Positions 53,198-64,000 of a DNA stretch of 64,000 nt are shown in pieces. The stretch comes from Azolla caroliniana (Eukaryota; Plantae; Polypodiophyta): positions 6,324,001 through 6,388,000 of the forward strand of contig JBHGNT010000010.1 of the NCBI GenBank assembly GCA_043228905.1, read 5' to 3'. The notes beneath the pieces were generated by a model. The model searched no databases and was not told where the DNA came from. It saw only the letters and a program-made list of their open reading frames with translations. The number at the start of each line of letters is the position of its first letter. Position 1 is the first letter of the stretch. A program made the translations under genes and the position numbers.

Positions 53198-53981
53198 TCA
53201 GGTATTCCATGGAAGGCCAATTAGAATTTTGGTGTGCAACTGCATTTCCTCACATATTTTCTTCACGGACTTCCTGTGCTAATGATTCTGCATTTTCTCA
53301 CATTTTCTTCTAATGATGCTCCCACTTCATGTGTGGGCACTGTTATTCCAAAGACATTGTACCTGGACAAATCCAGAAATTTCTTATTATCAACCATAAA
53401 TGGATCACCTTCTCTCGCCCTCTTTTGTTCGGATAGTAGGGATGCCTGGCACATTCTCTATCTTTATGCATTACACAGACAAAAAAACAGAGATCATATC
53501 TTTCTTAACACTTGATTCGGCATAAATTACAGCAGTATATTGCATCCATGATACATTTAAGTAAATCATTTAATGTGAGATGAGTTATACAATGCTACTA
53601 ACATTGATAACTCTGTAAAAGCAAGGGCTTAAACAAAATCTCTGTTCAATGAATGAAAATCAATGAATTTCATGTATCAACTGCTAATCAATGCATAACC
53701 CTGATGTCTTTTGTGCAAAGGTTGCATTCAAGAAATGAATGAAAATACCAAACAATCATATATAAATTAGTAACAGTGTTAAGGAATACAGAGTACTCAG
53801 AAGAGATTAATATTCAATTTTCAAATCTGAATTTTGTTTTCTCACAGGTTACTAAAAAAAGGAATGGAACTCAAATAAATGAGTAAGTGTGCATTAGACA
53901 TAAATGCCCAAAGGTTGGAGAGGAAAAACAAATCGTATGAAAAATACACAGCAAGTTCATATAGATATACGAAGAAAATAT

Positions 53982-54012
<31 letters not shown>

Positions 54013-54099
54013 ACCAACCAACAAAATTGCATATATCTCAGAGAGCTGTATACACACCTGAAACAGGCAGGGTCTTTCCATTTTTTTCTCCACCTTCAT
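53198..54099 (-). CDS. Candidate orphan spliced small ORF / lncRNA: exons 54099-54058, 53445-53363, 53273-53198 (66 aa)
   Basis: Canonical GT-AG junctions join in frame to MKVEKKMERPCLFQASLLSEQKRAREGDPFMVDNKKFLDLSRKSVKKICEEMQLHTKILIGLPWNT*. Intron 1 has a CT microsatellite, and the context is not TE-like. No recognised domain. Confidence 0.25.
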
Positions 54100-54479
54100 G
54101 TCTTGAGGATTTAGAGACGTTATTCATTCCTCCATAGGTTTGAAGAAGAAGAAAGAAGAAATGTGCTAGCAATTAGCCAAAAAAGTGTAAGAAACAGGGG
54201 GAAAATGGCAGGAAACAGCTTCATAATGAAGAGAGCTTTGAAATCACCCATCAATGGTGGGAGTCTCCAACAAATGTCCAAGGAAATGTTTCAAAATGAA
54301 GGGAATAGATAGATACATAGATAGATAGCCCCCTTCACAGGACATAGACAATACCACCGTCCGTGTTCACACGTTGCAAATGTCCGTACGGCTTTGTCCC
54401 AAGCCCTATGGTGTCCTACCCTAAACACCGTTTAGAATTTGCCTTCCCAAAATCGGCCCCTTGGCTATGCGCACCTGAC

Positions 54480-55388
54480 ACTAAATGTTGGCTCTGTGAT
54501 CATCTCAATACTTATCGTACTACTTCGATAGATAACCAGTCTGTTGTTTATTAGCCTTGGCTTGATTGGCATCAATGATGCACAATACTAAATTTTGGCT
54601 CTGTGATCATCTTGATTCTTATCACACTACTTCAATGGATAACCAATCTGCTATTTATTAGCCTCAGCTTGATTGGCATCAATGATACACGCATCAACGT
54701 AAATGTTTGGCCAAGTATTAGAGACATGAACTAATGTAAGCATAAAATAAGGATAAAAGATAGATCTAGATAGAAAAAGGAGAGAGAGAAAGAAGGGTGC
54801 CGATCCACCCGACCACCCCCGAGCAAAGGGATCGAGACGGACTCGAGTCTCGATCGGCGTCGCATACCACCGTCGTGGCGTCGAGTCGTACCTAGTGCTG
54901 GCGCGCTCACTACAAGAGTTGACCCACCACAAGATAGAGTCTCGACGTAGTCAACAAGATGATGAAATGAGGGTAGCTAGGCCTCTTACTTATAGCGATA
55001 CCCAAGGCCCCCAGGCAAGTTCACACTTGGCCTAATGGGTTGTCTCAATCCCGAGGATTAAAAGTAATCCTCCCCTTCTTTACACTCTCGTTTAACCCTC
55101 ACACTTATTCACGTGTATAGAATACTACGGTAAATTCTCACCACGGGATATTATATGGTCATGCCCGTAACACCAAGTAAGCCCCCCCCCCCTAATGAAT
55201 ACGGCCTTTTGGTTTTATAAAGGCCCTTTCCTTTCATAACCATTATGTTGTTTATTGGCCTTGGCATGATTAGCACCAATGATGCACACATCGTCATAAA
55301 AGTTTGGCCAAGTAACAATCCCCCCCCCCCACCTCCACATGAATACGGTCTTCATGTTTTATAAAGGCCCTTTTATAAAGTTTGGCCA
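54480..55388. repeat. Local degenerate tandem repeat (units with TTGATTGGCATCAATGATGCAC, TTTGGCCAAG, C-tract, AATACGG..TTTTATAAAGGCC), continuing at 61333-61380
   Basis: ~107-bp period at 54480 and 54587, with related units at 55178-55388 and after the Gypsy 3' LTR. Confidence 0.7.
54716..55172 (-). mobile_element. Solo LTR (457 bp) with TSD CCAAG
   Basis: T(A)TTAGAG...GTAACA flanked by CCAAG at 54711-54715 and 55173-55177. The same family is present as a mini-copy at 31853. Confidence 0.8.
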
Positions 55389-58300
55389 GTTCCATGATTG
55401 GAACCGCAACACCCACCTCGACAGATTGAGGTGAGGGCCTTTCTCGACGGATAGAGAAGGTGCCCATGACTCAAGGTAAGAGTCGTGGGCTTATAAGTCT
55501 TCTCGATGGATGGAGAAGACACCCATGACCCAAGGTGTGAGGCATGGGTTGTACACATTGTTCAATTGCCAAGGTGCACATGGGGAATGTAACCTCTAGT
55601 GCATTGAATACCCCACAGTACTCAAGTACCTTTGTGTGGGAAGGGAATCTCCCTATGCATTCAAATAACCTAATGTAGTCAAATCCTATGTGTGGGAATG
55701 GAATCTCCCTAGGAATTCAATCAACTTTAGATGTAGTCAAGTACCTATGTGGGGGGATGGAATCTCCCTAGTGATTGTATTCAATACCATTATGATTGAT
55801 ATAGGGTACTCATGTACCATATGGGGAGACTTGCGAGAGAATAAAGAGGATCTTCTATATAAGTTGGACAGAGGGTGGTTGGGCGGAGGTTCAACAGATC
55901 CAAGTTCTCTCTCTTAGTCATTTATCCCCATAGTCGAAGAGCGTTGACACACGAGTCCGAATCTGATCGTCGATCCATCCTTATCGCAAAATTTCGGTGG
56001 TGTTACATGGTATCAGAGAGAACTGCTAGGATCATGTTTGCGACTTGCGGAAATCTTGAATTCGAAGGTAGTATTCGTTTAAATAGCCTTCTTTAAATAC
56101 TAATTCTAGAATGGTTGTGCTAGAAAATATGGATGCACCAACCATGGAAGCGGCTCCCAATGCCTCCGCTACTTCCAACCTGGCTCATGTGCCGTCGGCC
56201 TCGGAGGAGGTTCCAAAAAATCCTCCCTGAAACCTTCGTCTACACGTTAAGGAACTCGAGACGAGAGTTGCCTTACTCGAAAGTGAAGCCGACAATCTTA
56301 TCAGTATGGTTGAGGACCTTAGTGCTCGCCTTGCCGAAACAAATGTGGAGTTGGTATGTTTACTTGCCAAAGAGTCTCGTGCCAAGAATGACGTGGGAAA
56401 AGAAGCGCCTTGATGCATCGATGAAACCCCACGCGTGAAGCCTCGTGAACCCGAAAGCTACAATGGGGCTCAAGATGCCCAAATTTTAGAGAACTTCATT
56501 TGGGATTGCGAGCAGTTCTTCTTAGCTGCCCGTATCCTCAATGAGGCGGACCGTGTCTTCCATTTCTCCACCTTCTTGGCCGGGGATGCTAAGCTATGGT
56601 GGCGCAACTTCGTCGATGATAGCATTCAACAAAAGGGTCCCATGCCTGTGAATACGTGGGAAGAATTGAAGGAAGCTCTCAACAAACAATTTATTCCTTC
56701 TAATTCCGAGTGGAAGGCTTGACAACAACTTGACCTACTTCGTCACACGGGCCATATCAAGGATTATATTAAATCTTTTCGTGCTCTTATGTTACAAATC
56801 TGCTCCATGTGAGAACAAGATCGTTTCTTTGCATTGACCAACCGGTTGAAGGAGTGGGCTCAAAACGAGCTCCGCCGACAAAATGTAACAACTCTTGCTG
56901 CCACTTATGAAGCGGCGAATCGCCTCACCGATTGGCATTCTCAAGGTGGCTCCTCCGATGGAAAAGGCAAAGAAAAGAGGGGTCCTCCAAATTTGAAGGC
57001 ACACAATACTCGTCCCTTCAAGAAGGTGGCTTATAATTCGCAAGGAGGTGGATCTCGACCCCCCATCGATGGCCAAAATGTTGCAAAGAAGTTTCCTTCC
57101 GCGAAAACTACGAATTTGAATTCCTTCAAGCCCAAGGATGCTACTGTGAAAAGGAATCTTAAGTGCTTCATTTGTCAAGGTGACCATTTCGCAAGAGATT
57201 GCCCCTTCAAGGGCCAACTCCACTCTCTTGTTAAGGCTTCGGACGACAACGCAAACAATCAAACCATGGGCCACATCAAGTGTTTGTGTGCAGTTCGTGA
57301 GGTAAAGAGTGAGCATTCATTACTTTATGTTAGTGCTCTAATCAATGGTCATTTGTGTCAAGCGATGGTGGATACGGGTGCTTCTCACAAGTTCATGACG
57401 CCAACCCTCGCCAAAGCTTGTGGACTACGTATGGAGGTCAATTCCAAGGGCACTTGGAAGACCGTCAACGGGAAGGAGCAGCAAGTGGGGCAGATTGCTC
57501 CTAATGTTGGGGTTATTGTTGGAGAGGTGATTGTGCATGTTGAATTTAGCATCGTCGAGATGGACGATTTTGATGTGGTTTTGGGTCAATCTTGGGCGAG
57601 ATTGGTGCACACATTACCCTACCCATTTGGTGAGCAAGTTCTATTTATGCAAGATAAATTTCATGTTGTAAAAGCTTCTTCCTCTCGCCCCAACCCCCTC
57701 CCCAAAATTCTCTCCTCCATGCAACTCAAGAAGGTGGCCCAAAAGGGCTGCCTTATGATAGCCGCTATATTTAAGGATACCAATGATCACGACCATCCCA
57801 TGTCCGAAAAGGGCATTCATCCTAACATGATGGTTTTGTTAGATAGGTTTCAAGACGTCATGCCCAACGCTTTACCAAAGGAGTTGCCCCCAAAAAGGGA
57901 TGTTGATCATCACATCAAGGTGGTGCCCGGGTGCACTCCTCTTGTGAAGAGTCCAGCGTTGCCGAGAATGCGGAGTTAAAGCGTCAACTCAACGAGCTAC
58001 TAGAGGCAGGATTCATACGCCCTTCTAGATCTCCTTATGGTTCCCCGGTGCTCTTAGTCAAGAGGAAGGATGGAAGCTTGAGAATGTGTGTCGATTATCG
58101 AGCATTTAACAAGCTCACCATCAAGAATCGCTACCCTCTTCCTAACCTCCGAAAGATGTTCGACCAACTAGGGAAGGCGTGGTACTTTACCAAGATGGAT
58201 CTTCATTCGGGATACTATCAAGTGAGGATCATTGAAGGTGATGTGGAGAAAACCGCCATGCGAACACGCTATGGCTCGTATGAGTGGCTCGTAATGTCGA

Positions 58301-61300
58301 TGGGCTTAAGCAATGTTGTAGCAACCTTTAGTACCCTCATGAATCAAGTTTTTGGGCCGGAGCTTGACGAATGCATTGTGGTCTACCTCGACGACTTGCT
58401 TTCTTTAGTCCTACTTGGGAACAACACTTGAAGGATGTTGAGATGGCTCTCCAAAGATTAAGAGAGAACCATCTCTACGTGAAGAAATCCAAGTGTGCCT
58501 TTGGTGTGGAAGTAGTGTACTTCCTCGGCTTCAAAATAGCTCGTGGTGAGCTACAACCCGAAGAGGAAAAGCTTCGTGCAATCAAGGAATGGCCTACACC
58601 ACGTTCGGTAACGGATGTTTGTTCTTTCCTTGGTTTAGCTTCTTTCTATCATGTGTTTATTGATGGTTTTGCTCGTCTCTCTACTCCTCTCTCTAACCTT
58701 ACTAAAAGTGGGAAAAAGTGGTTTTGGTGTGACAAGTGTGCTTGTGCTTTTGATGCCTTAAAAGAGGCATTGTGCACAACGCCATGTTTGGCACTACCCG
58801 ACTTTGACAAGCCCTTTGAGCTTCATACAGATGCATCTGATTATGCCATGGGTGGAGTGCTCATGCAAGAAGGAAGGCCGGTGGCCTTTGAGAGCAAGAA
58901 GTTCATGGATCGAGAGACGCGATACCCCACCCATGAAAACAAGATGGCGGCCATCGTCCATTGTCTTCGTACATGGAGACATTACTTGATGGGGAGGCAC
59001 TTCACCGTCCACACGGATAACATCACATCAACGTACTTTGCTTCACAACCAAAACTCACCGCAAAGCAAGCTCGGTGGCAAGACTTCCTTGCCGGTTATG
59101 ATTTCGAACTCAAGTACAAGCCTGGAAAGCAAAATGTGGTAGCCGATGCTCTTAGTTGAAGAGCCCATTTGGCGGTAATGCATGTGGTGGTGGATACTAA
59201 TATGTTGCCAACCCTCAAGAGTGCATATCATGGTGATGAATATGACAAAAGTGCCTTCGTTTGTTTGCTAACGGTGAAAAGGTGACCCATCTATCTCTCA
59301 AAGATGGGGTGATCTACTTCAAGCAACAAAGGCTCTATGTACCTCAAGTAGTGAGGAAAGAAGTAATGTATGAGTTTCATGACACATTGTGGGCCGAACA
59401 CCCTGGTGGGGATAAAACCATGGAAATGTTGACTCGTAGGTACTTTTGGCCACACATGGACAAAGAAGTTCAAGCCTATGTGAGAGGATGCTAAGTGTGC
59501 CAACAAGACAAAGCCGAAAGATGCAAGCCCGCGGGATTGCTGCAACCGTAAAGCATCCCGAATCAGCCATGGGAATCCCTTAGCATGGACTTCATAATAA
59601 GCTTGCCGAAAAGGCAAAACTACACGGGTATCTTCGTCGTCGTGGATAGACTTACGAAGTATGCTCACTTTGTGGCCTATGAAAGCCCCGCAGATGCCGA
59701 GTATGTGGCGAAACTTTTCTTTGCGAATGTGTTCAAATACCATGGGCTCCCGCGAGAGATAATTAGCGATCATGATAGTTGCTTCACCGGTAAATTTTGG
59801 TCCACACTTTTCGCTTTGATGGGTACTAACCTCAAGTTTAGTAGTTCCTATCACCCACAAACAGATGGTCAAACAGAGAGGACTAATCAAATCTTGGAGG
59901 ACTATCTTCGCCATTATGTGAGCTCGGACCAAAAGGATTGGTCTCAATACCTCGACATAGCGGAGTTCTCCTACAACCTCCACAAGCAAGATTCCACAGG
60001 ATTTAGTCCATTTGAACTCAATTATGGGTTCCAACCTTTGTCTCCCGGAGACCTTATGGCGTTACCCCTTAGCTAGCATTGTTCCAAGTGCCAATATTGC
60101 AATGAATAGGTGGTTCACTTGCCTCAACCAAGCTAAGGAAGCTATGGAGAAGGCTCAAGCTAGGTACAAGAAATATGTTGAACTCAAATGTAGGCATGAA
60201 GAATATGAAGTAGGTGACTTGGTGTTCGTCAAGTTGGATAGCGAACAATTTATTCTTCCAAAGGGTATCACCCCAAAGCTTGCTCGATGGTACAATGGTC
60301 CCTTTCCCATCATCGAGAAACTATCTCCATTGACTTACAAAGTTAAGCTACCGGAACACATGGGTGTGCATCCGGTGTTCCACATTTCTTTGCTCAAGAG
60401 GAGCTACATGGATGAAAACCATGAGGATATGACGGTTCGAAGGGTTCCTGCCTTGGTGATTGACAGGGGTAGCGACTACGTCTTGGAGGCCATCCTTCGT
60501 CATCGGGATCGACTAAACCAAAATGGGCCTAATAGGCTCTACTACTTTGCCAATGGAAATGCAAACCTCTGGAAGAGAATTCATGCCAACAAGGTGCGAC
60601 CTTGTGGAAATTTGAAGATGTGGTTAATGCATATAATTCGGGCCATCACCCTTTTAAAATGAAGAGGGGACACCTTCTTCAAAGGGGGGAATTGTAACAC
60701 ATCCGATGTGTTGAGGGGTTCCATGACTGGAACCGCAACACCCACCTCGACGGATTGAGGTGGGGACCATTCTCGACGGATAGAGAAGGTGCCCATGACT
60801 CAAGGTAAGAGTTGTGGGCTTATAAGTCTTCTCGATGGATGGAGAAGACACCCATGACCCAAGGTGTGATGCATGGGTTGTACGTGTTCAATTGCCAATA
60901 TGCACATGGGGAATGTAACCTCTAGTGCATTGAATACCCCACAGTACTCAAGTACCTTTGTGGGGGAAGGGAATCTCCCTATGCATTCAAATAACCTAAT
61001 GTAGTCAAATCCTATGTGTGGGAATAGAATCTCCCTAGGCATTCAATCAACTTTAGATGTTGTCAAGTACCTATATGGGGGAATGGAATCTCCCTAGTGA
61101 TTGTATTCAATACCATTATGATTGATATAGGGTACTCATGTACTATATGGGGAGACTTATGAGAGAATAAAAAAGGATCTTCTATATAAGTTGGACAGAG
61201 GGTGGCTGGGCGGAGGTTCAACAGATCCAAGTTCTCTCTCTTAGTCATTTATCCCCATAGTCGAAGAGCGTTGACACGCGAATCCAAATCCAATCGGCGA

Positions 61301-61332
61301 TCCATCCTTATCGCAAAATTTCGGTGGTGTTA
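55389..61332 (+). mobile_element. Near-complete Ty3/Gypsy chromovirus (Galadriel-like), outer LTR tips missing
   Basis: LTRs at 55389-56007 and 60693-61332. PBS TGGTATCAGAG at 56008, PPT AAAGGGGGGAA at 60681. Gag REPESYNGAQDA, CFICQGDHFARDC, PR VDTGASH, RT VYLDD, RH TDASD, INT, GPF and a chromodomain-like tail. Confidence 0.95.
56111..60662 (+). pseudogene. Gypsy gag-pol polyprotein, disrupted
   Basis: Collinear ORF fragments 56435-56722, 56834-57979, 57931-58431, 58371-59159, 59261-59494, 59585-60076 and 60012-60662. Confidence 0.9.
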
Positions 61333-62149
61333 ACCCCCCCCCCTCCCCCCATTAATACGGTCTTCTTGTTTTATAAGGCCATTTGAAAACTATTTGCTTG
61401 TAACCCCTCAGGACTTTGAATTTCTTGTCTTGGAAGAACTCTTTGCAACATCGAATCTCTATTTAGAGAGTAGATTGCACCTTCGTCCTATGTATATTTT
61501 TTGTGAGTGTCTCTTTTCCTAATTTATGTATCCATGAAGAGCTTCTTCATTTCTTTAGGAAAGCATTCTAATGGCTCAACTCCTTATGTATTTGCCTCAA
61601 TCGATTTTCTTTTCCCATGCCTTTTTGCGTCTGGATTTTCATCATCATTGCCGCATGAACTTACTAGATAAAGATGCAAGATAATTGTTCCATGGAAGTA
61701 ATCGTGGGCTTAAAATCTTCCATATTCCTTTATTTGTCTACTGGATGGCAATGAATTGATTCAACAATAAAATGGAATGCAAAAAATTTCCCATTTTCAA
61801 GAGGTAAGGTTTACTTGATGAAAATTCTTGTTGCTAGTGGCAATCAACTCTTTATAGTATATGTGGCTCTCAACATCCTTGAGAGGCAATGTGAAAACAA
61901 TTCAAGGGCTAATTACCAAGCTAAGGTTATTGCAAACTTGTTATATAGCAACTTTACTTTATGAGGTAGAGATCAAGTTTTTTTTTCCCTTGAAAGATGT
62001 TCTTCAATAGTATTAAAAATGTTTGAAGACTACACGTTGAAGTACAACATAGAATAAAAGACATTGTATGTAGACCAAAACCTGTACATACAAAAACAAC
62101 TTATAAAGGGGTGTTGAACCTTGATACAATACATTACCATGATGTATTG

Positions 62150-63700
62150 ATATTCAATAAAGGGCCCATGGAAGTCGATAGTTCCATTGAGGCCCTTGAT
62201 CTAACACTACAAAGAGGGGCAACTTCCTCCATAAGTGAAGAAGCTTCGTCCTTTTTTTATGAACATTTTCTAGAGAACCATACATATTATCATACTGTCC
62301 ATAAACTACTATCAACAGTGTTTCCCATATCTCAAGCAGTGCATCTGATGGACCAAGATTTGCTGCATCATAAAGTCGACTACATCTACATTTCCATAAT
62401 ACCCATAACGTTACCGTAGTCACAGTTTTCCAAACCTGGACAGATCGCACTGCTTTTGAGGTTGCTAAAACGGACTAACTAATATCAATCTTGTATTGTG
62501 TATCGTCATGGCCTCGTGAATATCGTTTGCCTCATACAACATCAAGTTGGAATGTAAAACTCCCCACATTGTTGCTCCCCATGAGAACAAGCAACCAACA
62601 TTGATCATTAGGAATAAAGAAAGAACTTTATTCTATACTTGTAGAGACAAGGGACAAGACCAGAGGGCATGCTTAGTAGTCTCCTAAGTTGCATAGCAAA
62701 AGCCACATTGCCTAAGATTGGGTGCTACATTCCCTTTCAATAACTAGCCAATTGGTAATGCTGCATGCACTAATAGCCATCTGAAAAGAATAAATTTAGT
62801 GGGCCCCTTGAAAGACCAAATCCATCTCTAGTAGGTTTTCAACTGCAAAGTTGAAACACCCCAATTAGTCCAATGTTTTTGAGTTGCTGGCACCGTTACA
62901 TTCATAGACATCAATAATAACCTTCCAAGCTTCACTGAATACTGAAAGAAGAGAACCTTTATGATTTGTTCCCCCAAGGAGTATGACTAGAACCAACCCC
63001 CCCGGACCCATAGTAATCTTGCAATAGGTTCTTTTGCATACAACCACATCATATCACACATATGAGTGATGGAAGGATAAGGATCAAGCAACCACTTCTT
63101 TCCCATTTTAGCAACCACTTCTGACTGGTGCATTCCGCACGTGTTGTAGATAGTTGCAATCAGATGCATGAGGTTGCAATCTACTGTTGTCCAGAACCTC
63201 AAAATAAGAAATGCACCCATTAGGTGAGATACCCTTGACAACCAACAATGTGTCATTTATGAAGCATCCAAACCCAAAATGTTCCTACATGGGTTGGAAG
63301 GTTGCCGCCAATGAGGAATATGTCGCTAAAATGGTAGCAGTCATTATCTTGGCACCATAAATAGTTTGTAAATACGCAAGACGATCTACTTGTGGCATCT
63401 GCTAGAATTGAATCCAAGTGCTTAAAATGGTTGTTCTTGAATGATGTGAAATCACCAAGGCAGGATCTAACATCTAATCGATTTTTGTTAGAAATCATAA
63501 GGGCATGGGATGGGATGAAGTCATTTCTGATTAAGGAAAAGCCTTCTACTTGGGATGCATTGCTAAATCGGCCTCTTCTCGCAAATTCTCTATTTCAGGA
63601 TAATACAGGAAAAGTGTTGGGCCTTAGAACTCACCTTGCCTGGGGTAAATCAGATAATTGTAGAGATCAAGTTAACCAACATTTGTAAGGCAAATTAGCA
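62150..63700 (-). mobile_element. L1-type LINE ORF2 C-terminal remnant (zf-RVT region)
   Basis: FRWLLVHAALPIG, CGFC...ETTKHALWSCP and TLWVLWKCRCSRLY. Confidence 0.7.
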
Positions 63701-64000
63701 ATAAGATTTAGAGAGATTGTTGATCTCCACAATTTCTCGAAAAGTCAGGACACCTCAAAGGTCATTAAAATTCTTTTAGTAGTGAGTTTTGTTTTAGGGG
63801 AAAGATAGAGATAGAGAGCATTGAGTTTGTCATCAAGATTTATGTCAAATTGTCATCTCTCACACACATACAATTGTTAGGAAAATCTAGTAAAATAACA
63901 TGAGAACTAGATCATTTATGGGGATAAATAAAACTTCGCCATGTTTTAATTTGTTCCTTTAAGCTCTTTCTTTCCTTGATAAGGTGTTTCGTACAAGCAA

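Noticed and set aside
53225-53300. EPF/EPFL-like cysteine peptide (STGSP...KCSCTP)
   Set aside because: Interrupted by stops and lacking the full Cys pattern. The resemblance is too weak.
59291-60034. 247-aa minus-strand ORF (and similar shadow ORFs such as 27447-27962 and 21609-22247)
   Set aside because: Antisense or alternate-frame shadows of retroelement pol with no independent domain evidence.

Overview
Eukaryotic land-plant nuclear DNA. It is probably a non-seed plant such as a fern, inferred from the Tcn1-like chromoviruses and RTE-like LINEs. The first ~19 kb holds three intron-containing housekeeping genes: mitochondrial cytochrome c (+), a TMEM42-like small membrane protein (+) and a VTI1-type Qb-SNARE (-). 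These are interspersed with decayed LINEs and AACCG-rich MITE-like repeats. The remaining ~45 kb is a nested transposon field. It contains a full-length Copia (19891-30880, TSD GATGC) carrying a younger full-length Tcn1-like chromovirus (20783-26445, TSD GCCGG), a decayed relative of that chromovirus with an inverted 3' end, a truncated Copia, Gypsy/Copia remnants, an RTE-like LINE with a solo LTR, a second solo LTR, a near-complete Galadriel-like Gypsy and an L1 remnant. The most notable signals are cis-elements of the Tcn1-like family: a tRNA-like A/B-box hairpin at the LTR tip, a non-tRNA PBS complementary to the element's own predicted 5' end (self-priming), and a gag/pol -1 frameshift signal. 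The last two are present in both divergent copies; the hairpin is in both LTRs of the intact copy, with only a possible trace in the second. All coordinates and mismatch counts were read by eye and no database searches were run.
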